From the NCBI GenBank assembly GCA_029227815.1, contig CP118523.1:4395500-4459499 (forward strand): a DNA stretch of 64,000 nucleotides, given 5' to 3'. Below the pieces are notes generated by a model. That model did no database searches. It had not been told where the DNA came from and was given only the letters and a program-made list of their open reading frames with translations. Position numbers and translations under genes: made by a program. Below are positions 30,616-40,180 of this stretch, in pieces; positions within the stretch are counted from its first letter, which is position 1; each line of letters begins with the position of its first letter. This stretch comes from Clostridiaceae bacterium M8S5 (GTDB taxonomy: Bacteria; Bacillota; Clostridia; Tissierellales; MCWD3).

Positions 30616-31230
30616 ATGTTAAATTCTATTGACTTAAAGCAATTATTTTTTTATGTGGCGATACCTTCCACTCTAGTATTGATTATCCAAACAGTCATTA
30701 CCATATTAGGTCTGTCTTTAGACTCAGATTTTGATATTGATTCAGACGTAGATTTAGATACTGATATTGATTTTGATACTGATGCAGATTTTGATACATC
30801 TGCTATTTCATCTCTACATGGGTTAAGATTCTTTTCTATCCGTGGTTTATTAGCATTTTTTACTGTCTTTGGATGGGTTGGAGTATCTCTTTGCAATACA
30901 TCATTACCACGGCTTGTTATTATCTTTATAGCTTTACTTTGTGGACTTATATCAATGTTTATAATCGCTCTACTTTTTCTATGGATTACAAGACTTCAAT
31001 CAAATGGTCTATTAAATTTAAAAAATGCGCTAGGGAAAACCTGTGAAATTTATCTTACTATACCTGCTAACCGCAATGGAATGGGTAAGATAAATGTAAT
31101 GATTCAAGATAGATATGTAGAATTTGACGCTGTAACTGATGATAATGAAAATATATCTACCGGCTCTCAAGCCAGAGTTATAGATATTTCTGGTAACAAT
31201 ATTTTAGTTATTACAAAAGAAAAATACTGA
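30616..31230 (+). CDS. NfeD-family membrane protein (YuaF-like) with an OB-fold C-terminus and an unusual acidic DxDxD repeat
   Basis: TM helices plus a C-terminal beta-rich NfeD domain; upstream of a flotillin gene as in yuaF-floT. Confidence 0.7.
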   Translation: MLNSIDLKQLFFYVAIPSTLVLIIQTVITILGLSLDSDFDIDSDVDLDTDIDFDTDADFDTSAISSLHGLRFFSIRGLLAFFTVFGWVGVSLCNTSLPRLVIIFIALLCGLISMFIIALLFLWITRLQSNGLLNLKNALGKTCEIYLTIPANRNGMGKINVMIQDRYVEFDAVTDDNENISTGSQARVIDISGNNILVITKEKY

Positions 31231-31307
31231 TGAATTAGTAATGATATCACAGATTTTATATCTATGATTAATAAATTTATTTATAAATATTATAAGGGGG
31301 TATTATA

Positions 31308-32693
31308 ATGAATGAAACTATGATTACTATCATTGTATGTGTCATTTTGTTGTTATCAACATTATTAGCACTACTATCAAGGTACAAAAAATGTCCATCC
31401 GATAAGATAATGGTTGTTTATGGTAAGGTGGGTAAGAGCTCTGAAGGAGGTCAGCGTTCTGCTAAATGTATACATGGTGGAGCAGCTTTTATTTGGCCAG
31501 TATTTCAATTCTACCAATTCTTAGATTTAACGCCTATTTCTATTGAAGTAAATTTAACCAATGCACTGTCTAAGCAGAACATAAGGGTTGATGTACCTTC
31601 AAGATTTACAGTTGGTATCTCTACAGAGCATGGTATAATGCAGAATGCAGCTGAACGTTTGTTGGGTCTACAACTAAACGATATTCAAGAACTTGCAAAA
31701 GATATTATATTTGGTCAACTGCGTCTAGTTGTAGCTACCATGGATATTGAAGAAATCAATACTGACAGAGATAAATTTTTAGATGCTGTTTCTCGAAATG
31801 TTGAATCAGAACTTAAAAAAATAGGTCTGCGATTAATTAACGTTAACGTAACAGATATTAACGATGAATCAGGATACATAGCTGCACTTGGTAAAGAAGC
31901 TGCTGCTAAAGCTATAAATGATGCTAAGAAAACCGTTGCTGAAAAGAATAGAGATGGAGCAATCGGTGAATCAAATGCTCTTAAGGATCAACGTGTTAGA
32001 GTTGCAGAAGCTAACTCTATGGCTATAAAAGGTGAGAACGAAGCTAAAGTAACAATAGCTGATTCAGAAGCTGAAAGAAGAGAAAAGGAAGCTGAAGCAC
32101 TTAGAAAAGCGACTGCAGCTGAAAAAGTTCAATCAGCTCGTGCATTAGAAGAAGCTTACGAGGCAGAGAAAACAGCCGAAAAAGCTAGAGCTCAAAGAGA
32201 ACGTGCTACTAAGGAAGCTGATGTTATTGTACTTGCTGAAATAGATAAGCGTAAAGCAGAGATAGAAGCAGAAGCTCAAGCTGAGCAAAAGAGAAGAATT
32301 GCAAAAGGTGAAGCTGACGCTATCTATGCTAAAATGGAAGCTAAAGCACGCGGTATTTCTGAATTACTGAGCAAACAAGCTGCTGGTTTTAAAGAAATCG
32401 TCAATTCAACGGGTGGTAATGCTAATGATGCAATCAAACTTATGCTAGCTGATAAGATGGAATCTCTTGTTGAAAAACAAGTAGACGCGATTAAAAATCT
32501 TAAAATCGATAAAGTTACTGTTTGGGATGGTATGTCTAAAGATGGTACACCAACAACAGCCAACTTTTTGTCAGGTATGATGAAATCAATACCACCAATG
32601 AAAGATATGTTTGACATGGCTGGTATGGAGCTTCCTGAGTACTTGGGAAAAGAAAAGAAAGATAAAAAAACTATCTCAAAAGAAGATGAATAA
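31308..32693 (+). CDS. floT: Flotillin-like SPFH/band-7 protein (FloT/YuaG-like)
   Basis: N-terminal TM, an SPFH domain, then a long Ala/Glu-rich coiled-coil (EAEAQAEQKRR...); 461 aa. Confidence 0.8.
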   Translation: MNETMITIIVCVILLLSTLLALLSRYKKCPSDKIMVVYGKVGKSSEGGQRSAKCIHGGAAFIWPVFQFYQFLDLTPISIEVNLTNALSKQNIRVDVPSRFTVGISTEHGIMQNAAERLLGLQLNDIQELAKDIIFGQLRLVVATMDIEEINTDRDKFLDAVSRNVESELKKIGLRLINVNVTDINDESGYIAALGKEAAAKAINDAKKTVAEKNRDGAIGESNALKDQRVRVAEANSMAIKGENEAKVTIADSEAERREKEAEALRKATAAEKVQSARALEEAYEAEKTAEKARAQRERATKEADVIVLAEIDKRKAEIEAEAQAEQKRRIAKGEADAIYAKMEAKARGISELLSKQAAGFKEIVNSTGGNANDAIKLMLADKMESLVEKQVDAIKNLKIDKVTVWDGMSKDGTPTTANFLSGMMKSIPPMKDMFDMAGMELPEYLGKEKKDKKTISKEDE

Positions 32694-32716
32694 TATTGTG
32701 GCTTAAATAAAATGAA

Positions 32717-32760
32717 AAGACTATACTATCCCTTAATGGGTATCAGTATAGTCTTTAATG
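32717..32760 (+). terminator. Terminator hairpin with an 11-bp perfect stem (AAGACTATACT...AGTATAGTCTT) after floT
   Basis: Seen directly; it sits between convergent genes. Confidence 0.6.
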
Positions 32761-32975
32761 TTATATGGATTGTCCTATTAGATGAACTGTATTTATTAAC
32801 TCAATCTATACAATAGAATAAATTAAACCAATAAAAACGACGTTTAAAAGTACAAATAAAAAAGTCCTGAGTTATATAATGCATTGAACCTCAGTTTCTA
32901 TTTCTCAAATTCATGCTTATATACACTCAGGAAAAAATAAGGATTGGGAAATTTACATGCTTTTAAACATGTTAA

Positions 32976-34694
32976 TTAGCTTCTATCTGTGTAGTGTGTA
33001 TGAAGTAATTCGTGTGACACATGACTTAATGGCTTTTCTAAAAATTCTTCATATAACACAGCTACTGCAGGATTCTTGTGAGATTTTCTAATCTCTGAAT
33101 TTCCATCTATCTGATATATTCCTTTTATTCTATTTTCTCTTATTTCGTTAGTTATAGGTATAGGTTGACCACCTCCACCTATACAACCTCCTGGACAACA
33201 CATAATCTCTATAAAATGAAAATCTTCTTTACCTGATTTGACTAGCTCTAGTATTTCCCTTGCGCTTGCCAGGCTATTTGCTACTGCCACTTTAACATCT
33301 AAATCGCCAACTTTAACTGTAGCTTTTTTAATTCCTTTAAGTCCCCTAACTCCCTTAAATTCAATATTTTCTAGTTCCTCTCCTGTAACTACCTCATAAA
33401 CAGTTCTAAGAGCTGCCTCCATAACACCTCCAGATGCTCCAAATATTACTGCTGCACCTGTTGAAATCCCCAATGGATCATCAAAATTATCTTCTACTAA
33501 TGTATTTATATCAAGCCCAACTTCTTTTATCATCTTAGCTAACTCTCTTGTAGTTAAAACCACATCTACATCCTGATATCCACTATCCGCCATTTCTTTT
33601 CTTCCTGCTTCTGCTTTTTTTGCGGTACATGGCATTATTGAAACTACATAAACATCTTTTGGATCAATACCTATCTTTTTAGGATAATAAGTTTTTGCTA
33701 ACGCACCAAACATCTGTTGTGGTGATTTACAAGTAGAAACATTATCTAAGAATTCTGGATAGAACTGTTCTACAAAATTAATCCAACCAGGGCTACATGA
33801 AGTCAACATTGGCAGTTTACCGTTGTTTTGTATTCTGTGAAGAAGTTCATTTCCTTCTTCCATGATTGTCAAATCGGCTGTAAAATTTGTATCAAACACA
33901 GCGTCAAACCCTAAATGCCTAAGTGCTGTAACTATTTTACCTGTTACTATACTTCCTGGCGGTAAACCAAAATCCTCACCTAATGCAACTCTTACTGCTG
34001 GAGCTATCTGTACAACAACATGTTTGCTATTATCATCTAAAGCACGCCAAACTGTGTTAATATCACTTTTTTCATATAATGCTCCTACTGGACAAACATT
34101 AATACATTGCCCACAATAAACACACTTAGTATCAGCAAGCCCCAAAGAAAAAGGTGTATCTATTCTCATATCACTACTTCTATGAACATTGTCAATAGCA
34201 CCTATACCCTGCACTTCATGGCATACTTCTACACATCTACCACATTTAATACACTTGCTTAAATCTCTAACTATAGATGGATTAGAGCTATCTATAGGCA
34301 AATATTCAACTGTTTTTTCTAGTTTATACTCTCTTATATTTAGTTCATTACATAACTGCTGCAACTCACAATTTCCGTTTCTAACACAGGCAAGACATTC
34401 TGCGTTATGATTTGATATAATCATTTCAACTATTGCTCTTCTTGCATCTCTTACCTTTTTAGTATTAGTTTTTATGACCATACCTTCTCTTACTGGCGTA
34501 CAACATGATGCTGCAAGTGTATTTTGTCCTTCTACCTCTACCACACATACACGACAGCTACCTTTTATATGTTGATCTGGATGAAAACATAATGTTGGTA
34601 TTTTTACATTTACCATTTTTGCTGCATCTAATATAGTTGTTCCATCATCCACAGAAACAGTTTTATTGTCTATAGTCAAATTTATTTTACTCAT
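32976..34694 (-). CDS. hydA: [FeFe] hydrogenase catalytic subunit (HndD/HydA-like): an N-terminal 2Fe-2S domain, 4Fe-4S ferredoxin domains and an H-cluster domain
   Basis: H-cluster motifs L1 TSCSPGW, L2 MPCTAKKAEA and L3 EIMCCPGGCIGGGGQP; 572 aa. Confidence 0.85.
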   Translation of the reverse strand: MSKINLTIDNKTVSVDDGTTILDAAKMVNVKIPTLCFHPDQHIKGSCRVCVVEVEGQNTLAASCCTPVREGMVIKTNTKKVRDARRAIVEMIISNHNAECLACVRNGNCELQQLCNELNIREYKLEKTVEYLPIDSSNPSIVRDLSKCIKCGRCVEVCHEVQGIGAIDNVHRSSDMRIDTPFSLGLADTKCVYCGQCINVCPVGALYEKSDINTVWRALDDNSKHVVVQIAPAVRVALGEDFGLPPGSIVTGKIVTALRHLGFDAVFDTNFTADLTIMEEGNELLHRIQNNGKLPMLTSCSPGWINFVEQFYPEFLDNVSTCKSPQQMFGALAKTYYPKKIGIDPKDVYVVSIMPCTAKKAEAGRKEMADSGYQDVDVVLTTRELAKMIKEVGLDINTLVEDNFDDPLGISTGAAVIFGASGGVMEAALRTVYEVVTGEELENIEFKGVRGLKGIKKATVKVGDLDVKVAVANSLASAREILELVKSGKEDFHFIEIMCCPGGCIGGGGQPIPITNEIRENRIKGIYQIDGNSEIRKSHKNPAVAVLYEEFLEKPLSHVSHELLHTHYTDRS

Positions 34695-35979
34695 TTATTA
34701 TCGCCCCCTTATCGAACAGACAACTGTTTGCTCTACATTCCTTGTTAATATGCTCTTTAATCTCATCTTTAAAATACTGTAAACAAGATATCACAGCTGT
34801 AGGAGCGGCTTGCCCTAGTCCACAAAGGGAGGCCGTCTTCATTACTTCGCAGATTTCTTCTAATATCTCTACATCTTTCTCTGTAGCAACACCTTTGGTT
34901 ATCTTATGCAATATCCTTACTATATGTCTATTTCCCTCTCTACATGGAGTACATTTACCACAAGACTCATGTTTAAAGAACTCCATAGTTGCTAATAAAA
35001 AGTCTAACACGCACACACTATCATCAGCCACAAACATTGCTCCTGAGCCTAAGCTTACTCCGTTCTCTCTCAAGCAATCAAAGTCTATCTTTATATCTAG
35101 TAAATTCTCTGGAATACAGGCTCCTGAAGAACCTCCTAGTTGTACAAATTTAACTTTTTTATCCGTATCCATTCCATCGCATAAATTATTTATTATTTCT
35201 CTTAAGCTAATTCCAAACTCTATCTCAAATACTCCTTTATTCACTACATTACCTGATACAGATATGAGTTTTGTTCCACTACTTGATTTTGTTCCATATT
35301 CTTTGTATTTCTCTGCACCTAAATTGAGTATAACAGGTATATTAGCTAGAGTTTCAACATTGTTAACAAGCGTTGGTTTGTTCCAAAGCCCTGCTACTGG
35401 AGGATAAGGTGGCTTAAATCTAGTCCTTCCTGCTTTTCCTTCTATTGATTCAATTAGTGCAGTCTCTTCTCCACATACATATGCACCAGCACCCGATCTA
35501 ACTTCTATATCAAAATCAAAATTAAACCCAAATATATTAGTTCCTAAATAACCTGCTTTTCTTAAAACATCTATACTCTTTATCAAAAGTTCTTTTGTCT
35601 TAGGATACTCTCCCCTTATATATATATATCCCTTAGTCGCTCCAACTGCGTGACCACAGATTATCATACCCTCTATTATTTGAAATGGACTTCCATCTAA
35701 TAACACTCTGTCTTTAAATGTGCCAGGTTCACCTTCATCTGCATTACATATAACATATTTTATAGGCGAATCTTCAGATGCTGTAAACGACCACTTTAGT
35801 CCAGTTGGGAAAGCTGCTCCTCCTCTACCTCTAAGGTTCGACGCTTTTACCTCATCTAGTACTTCCTGTGGCTTCTTTGAAAGTGCCTTCTTAGTAGCAC
35901 TAAAACCACCATTGCTTTCATATTCAGTTATGGATAGTGGATCTATCTTACCACACAATTTAGATATCAAATTTACCAT
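34687..35979 (-). CDS. NuoF-like NAD(P)H-binding flavoprotein subunit of the hydrogenase (HndC/HydB-like, short form)
   Basis: NADH dehydrogenase 51-kDa family motifs (GRGGAAFPTG, the FMN site, and a C-terminal 4Fe-4S motif CGKCTPCREG); 430 aa. Confidence 0.8.
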   Translation of the reverse strand: MVNLISKLCGKIDPLSITEYESNGGFSATKKALSKKPQEVLDEVKASNLRGRGGAAFPTGLKWSFTASEDSPIKYVICNADEGEPGTFKDRVLLDGSPFQIIEGMIICGHAVGATKGYIYIRGEYPKTKELLIKSIDVLRKAGYLGTNIFGFNFDFDIEVRSGAGAYVCGEETALIESIEGKAGRTRFKPPYPPVAGLWNKPTLVNNVETLANIPVILNLGAEKYKEYGTKSSSGTKLISVSGNVVNKGVFEIEFGISLREIINNLCDGMDTDKKVKFVQLGGSSGACIPENLLDIKIDFDCLRENGVSLGSGAMFVADDSVCVLDFLLATMEFFKHESCGKCTPCREGNRHIVRILHKITKGVATEKDVEILEEICEVMKTASLCGLGQAAPTAVISCLQYFKDEIKEHINKECRANSCLFDKGAIINE

Positions 35980-36449
35980 TACTCCACACCTTCTTTCAAG
36001 TCGTTTATAATTTGCATTGCTCTATTAACAGTCAAATTACCATACACTTTATCATTAACTTTTATAGCCGGTGCAACATCACAAGCTCCAAAACAGCTCG
36101 TATATTCAAGAGTAAATAACTTATCTGACGTAGTATCTCCCATCTTTATTCCAAGTACTTGCTCAAACGCATTTGCAATAGCTTTTCCTCTATTTATATA
36201 ACAGGGCCCACTATTACATATCTGTATCAAATATTTACCTCTTTCTTTTGTAGATAGCATAGAATAAAATCCTGCTACGCTGTAAGCTTTACTAAGAGGT
36301 ACATTTAATTCCTTTGAAATATCTCTTAGAGATGTTTCGCTGATGTAATTACCAGGTGTCTGTGACTGTACCTCTATTAACACTTCTAACAGTTTATCTT
36401 GAGTATTACCCACTTTGTTTATGGCTTCCATTACCACTTTGGATTGCAT
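35979..36449 (-). CDS. NuoE-like [2Fe-2S] thioredoxin-fold subunit (HndA/HydC-like)
   Basis: Cys motif C..C...C..C (CNSGPC...CFGAC). A GGGAGG RBS precedes the ATG at 36449; the ORF track start at 36467 is probably too early. Confidence 0.75.
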   Translation of the reverse strand: MQSKVVMEAINKVGNTQDKLLEVLIEVQSQTPGNYISETSLRDISKELNVPLSKAYSVAGFYSMLSTKERGKYLIQICNSGPCYINRGKAIANAFEQVLGIKMGDTTSDKLFTLEYTSCFGACDVAPAIKVNDKVYGNLTVNRAMQIINDLKEGVE

Positions 36450-36502
36450 AATATATCCTCCCTTCAACTTTTAAACATGATTATTTACTCTTCATTAAAT
36501 AA

Positions 36503-36862
36503 TCATAGCTTAATTAACCATTCATTAATCGGCTCATCATACATACTATGCGATATTATTATCGCTCTAGCCATTTTCTGATTTACGTATTCATATGTGT
36601 ATTTTTCGCCCTCTGGAGTGTATATGTCTAACAACGGTTCCCTACAGCACATTCCAATACATCCTGTAGTTTCAATTATTATATTATCTAATTCAGCTTG
36701 TTTTACAGTCTCCTGCAAACTGATTAAGACATCGTTAGCACCAACGCTAACGCTACAGATAGAGTATCCTAATACCGCTCGAAATTTTCCTGATGGTCTT
36801 TTTTTATCTATAGCTTCTAGTGCTTCACTCCTTAATTGTTGATATGACGTTACTATAGACAT
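36503..36862 (-). CDS. Small thioredoxin-like [2Fe-2S] ferredoxin subunit (HndB-like)
   Basis: 119 aa; TGCIGMCCREP motif; first gene of the operon. Confidence 0.6.
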   Translation of the reverse strand: MSIVTSYQQLRSEALEAIDKKRPSGKFRAVLGYSICSVSVGANDVLISLQETVKQAELDNIIIETTGCIGMCCREPLLDIYTPEGEKYTYEYVNQKMARAIIISHSMYDEPINEWLIKL

Positions 36863-36896
36863 AATGTAACCTCCTTTTATAATTTATCTAAATATA

Positions 36897-36914
36897 TTGC
36901 AACTACTGTGCCAA
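36897..36914 (-). promoter_or_regulatory. Sigma-54 (-24/-12) promoter TGGCAC-agtag-TTGCA on the minus strand, ~35 nt upstream of the first hydrogenase-operon gene
   Basis: The plus strand reads TGCAActactGTGCCA. Its reverse complement is a perfect match to the RpoN consensus TGGCAC-N5-TTGCW, correctly spaced before the AGGAGG RBS and the ATG at 36862. Confidence 0.8.
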
Positions 36915-37024
36915 ATTTTTCTATTAGTTCAAATTTTAATTTTTTGAGTCACAGAGCTGTAATTTACTAATAAATAAAGAAAGGCTAATATTTTAGACTT
37001 TCTTTGGTAATTTTTACCTAAATG

Positions 37025-37052
37025 CATACTTGCATTTAATCATGCACAAATG
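37025..37052. promoter_or_regulatory. Candidate enhancer (UAS) for the sigma-54 promoter: inverted repeat AATGCAtactTGCATT followed by TCATGCACAAATGCATT. A near-identical 17-mer, TCATGCATAAATGCATT, recurs at 37527-37545.
   Basis: Palindromic TGCA-containing repeats ~120-150 bp upstream of the -24/-12 element; the second copy overlaps the regulator's last codons. Confidence 0.45.
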
Positions 37053-37522
37053 CATTATTTGAGCTTTACAGTACTACTATTGGTTAAACTTAATCTTACT
37101 AATAAAATTATTTATTATTCGCAATATTTTTTCTTCTCACTTTAGAGAATTAAGCATCATATTTTACATTAAAAAACGTTTTCATTTAAGTTATTATAAT
37201 AATTCGCACATGCTCTATTTTCGATTTGATCTTTGGATTGTTTAAGTCAAAGCTCATGATTAAATTTAGTAAATATCCTTTTAATTTATTTTAGAATATT
37301 CTGATTTTTGATTTTTTATTGCGAGTTGCACAAAAATAATCATATCAAAGACAGATAAAATTTTTGATTAAATTTTAATATTGATTGCAATTTATATAAA
37401 TCCCTCTTTACTGTAATTTTTGAACCTTTACTACAAAACAAAAGAAGTACTCAAATAATGAGTACTTCTTTTTATTACCCTCAGTTTAAATTTATTTAAG
37501 CTAATAACAGCTCTAATTAATT

Positions 37523-40180
37523 CTAATCATGCATAAATGCATTGTTTTTAAAATATTTTTGTATTTTTCTTACTACTGTGGATTGATTAACTTTTAAAAC
37601 TTGTGCTATTTCATAGGTTGTCCTGTATTTTTTGTATGCATTCTCAATCAATTGTTTTTCTAATAGCTCTATTGCTTCTTTAAGTGGAATAATTCCGTTA
37701 ATATCTATTTTATTAGCATTTCTAAGGTTCTCCATAAACAAAAATGCTGGCAAATCATTCTTATCTATTGTATCATTTCTAGTGGTTACTATTAGTCTCT
37801 CTATTAAATTCTCTAGTTCCCTAACATTCCCAGGCCAATCGTAAGTTTTTAAGATTTCTTCTCCTTGGCTAGTTATTTTTTTAGAGCAACTGTATTTATT
37901 ATTGTATATGTTAAGAAAATAATAACAAAGCGGTAATATATCATCAACTCTTTCTCTAAGTGGAGGTATGTTTATTGGCACAACATTTAGTCTATAATAT
38001 AAATCTGCTCTAAATGTCCCCTCCTTAACCATTTGGAACAAATCTCTATTGGTCGCGGCTATTATTCTTACATCTACATAAATTTCCTTTGTTCCTCCTA
38101 TTCTTATAAGCTTTCTTTCTTGTAAGACTCTTAATAGCTTAACTTGTATATTAAGAGGTAATTCTCCTATCTCGTCTAGGAAAAGTGTCCCTTTATCTGC
38201 TATTTCTATTAATCCTGGTTTTCCACGCTTAGATGCGCCTGTGAATGCACCTGTTTCATATCCAAAAAGTTCTGATTCTATCAAACTTTCTGGAATGGCT
38301 CCACAGTTTATCTTAACCATGGGAATATCTTTTCTTCCGCTAAGGCTATGTATGAATTTTGCAATTACTTCTTTTCCTACCCCTGATTCTCCTAGTATAA
38401 GTATTGTTGAATCAACACATGCTACTTTGCTTGCTGTCTGCAGTACTTTACCGAACTCAATACTGTTTGCAACAAGATTTGCATTGTTCGTCACATTGTT
38501 ATACATTTCTTTTTTATCATTTTCAATATTAAAATATTTTTGTAACTTCTTTGTCTCATTTAGTTGCTCTCTAAGCTTAATTAATTCTTCAATATCTCTT
38601 ATATTCGTGACAACTCTAGCTATATTGTTACTTTCATCAAAAACAGGTGTAGCTGTTGCTAAATATTGATTTGAATTAAACGAATTTTGTATAAATGATA
38701 TTCTTCTCTTTTCTTTTAGTACTAGGAGTGTTCCTGATGGGAATATTATGTTATTATTCTCCATTTCTAGTACATTGTCTTTCTCTCTATCAAACCCGAT
38801 CATGTTTTTCCATGCTTTATTCGTCTTTAATATTTTGCCTTGCCCATCTGTTACCATCATCCCATCATACGAAGATTCTATTATCGTCTCAAGCTCTTCT
38901 TTTAGTGTAGTAATCTCTTTTAATCTTCCCGATATCTCCTTTAATAACTTAGTCTTTTTGTTGTTCAGATAAGGAAGGCACATCTCAACTTCTGCAATAC
39001 CTTGCACAACAGCTACTGCTTTGTCTCTACATGTGTTGTATCCACATGCCCCACAATTGAGTTGATCTTTTTCCGTTTGCTTATCTGTTAGTTTAAGTAC
39101 CTGATCTATTTCTCTTTCCGACGGATATGGCATTATACTTCTTCTGTTAGTGAACGTCCTTTTATAGTTAATTTCTGTATCTAACTCTACTGCATTTTTT
39201 ACGTATTTTCTATTATTGTAGAATTTTTTTATTGTATGTAATTTCTCAAACATACTAAGATCACTATCTATTTTACATCCATTTATACAACCATTACACA
39301 TAAGCACATCTACAAATTTAAAAGTAAATTTTCCTTCAAGAAGTGAATCTACAAGTTCAAAGCATTCTTCCTCACCATCAATATATATGTAATCTTCATT
39401 TATTAGGCTGTCGTCTTGTTTAAACACATTCTTAATCATTCCACCTGATAGAGGGAATAATCTGCCATTTCTATTACCAACAACATCAAACTCTTGCTCA
39501 CTTGACTGCCTTATATTGATTTTATTTTTTATAAAAAGCCTTTTAAGCTCCTCAAATGTTAAGGCACAATCTATTACACCACTATTTTGAAATTCCATAG
39601 CCTCAGCTTTTTTAGCAACACATGGTCCTATAAATACTATCTTTGTATCATCCTCTGGGTATTTTTTTCTTATTATTCTACCAGTGCTTATCATTGGAGA
39701 TACAAAGGGTAACAGATTATCAATAAGCTCAGGATAATGCTTTTCTATCATCGTTGTAAATGCTGTACACGCAGTACTAATATATGTTTTCTTATCATTA
39801 TCAGATATGTAGTCTTTTACTCTATTCGATAGCTCTTCTGCTCCAAAAGCTACTTCCCATACTTCGTCAAACCCTAATTCTTTTAAAGCACCTACTACTT
39901 TTTTATATGAAAACGTATGAAAACTTACGACAAAAGAAGGAGCTATACAAGCAACTATTCTCTTATTTTGTTTTAGAATGTTTTGGCATCTTGTCTCACT
40001 ATCTAGGACAATTTTAGCATTTTGAGGACAACTGCTTATACACTTACCACAGTTGATGCATCTAGAATACATTATTTCTGCTTGTCCATTTTTTATCTGA
40101 ACAGCTTTAACTGGACAATTTCTAACACATGCATAACACTGTTTACACTTGTTTTGTGTCACACTTATTATATTTTTCAT
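37523..40180 (-). CDS. Sigma-54-dependent enhancer-binding protein with an N-terminal 2x[4Fe-4S] ferredoxin plus [FeFe]-hydrogenase-like (H-cluster-type) sensor domain, a central PAS-like region, an AAA+ sigma-54 activator domain and a C-terminal Fis-type HTH
   Basis: N-terminal CxxCxxCxxxCP x2, then hydrogenase large-subunit-like motifs (STACTAF, GPCVAKKAEA, LMCNGCINGC). The AAA+ part has Walker A GESGVGKE and a GAFTGA-like GAFTGASKRG. The HTH is C-terminal. An AGGAAAGGTG RBS precedes the ATG at 40180. Confidence 0.8.
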   Translation of the reverse strand: MKNIISVTQNKCKQCYACVRNCPVKAVQIKNGQAEIMYSRCINCGKCISSCPQNAKIVLDSETRCQNILKQNKRIVACIAPSFVVSFHTFSYKKVVGALKELGFDEVWEVAFGAEELSNRVKDYISDNDKKTYISTACTAFTTMIEKHYPELIDNLLPFVSPMISTGRIIRKKYPEDDTKIVFIGPCVAKKAEAMEFQNSGVIDCALTFEELKRLFIKNKINIRQSSEQEFDVVGNRNGRLFPLSGGMIKNVFKQDDSLINEDYIYIDGEEECFELVDSLLEGKFTFKFVDVLMCNGCINGCKIDSDLSMFEKLHTIKKFYNNRKYVKNAVELDTEINYKRTFTNRRSIMPYPSEREIDQVLKLTDKQTEKDQLNCGACGYNTCRDKAVAVVQGIAEVEMCLPYLNNKKTKLLKEISGRLKEITTLKEELETIIESSYDGMMVTDGQGKILKTNKAWKNMIGFDREKDNVLEMENNNIIFPSGTLLVLKEKRRISFIQNSFNSNQYLATATPVFDESNNIARVVTNIRDIEELIKLREQLNETKKLQKYFNIENDKKEMYNNVTNNANLVANSIEFGKVLQTASKVACVDSTILILGESGVGKEVIAKFIHSLSGRKDIPMVKINCGAIPESLIESELFGYETGAFTGASKRGKPGLIEIADKGTLFLDEIGELPLNIQVKLLRVLQERKLIRIGGTKEIYVDVRIIAATNRDLFQMVKEGTFRADLYYRLNVVPINIPPLRERVDDILPLCYYFLNIYNNKYSCSKKITSQGEEILKTYDWPGNVRELENLIERLIVTTRNDTIDKNDLPAFLFMENLRNANKIDINGIIPLKEAIELLEKQLIENAYKKYRTTYEIAQVLKVNQSTVVRKIQKYFKNNAFMHD

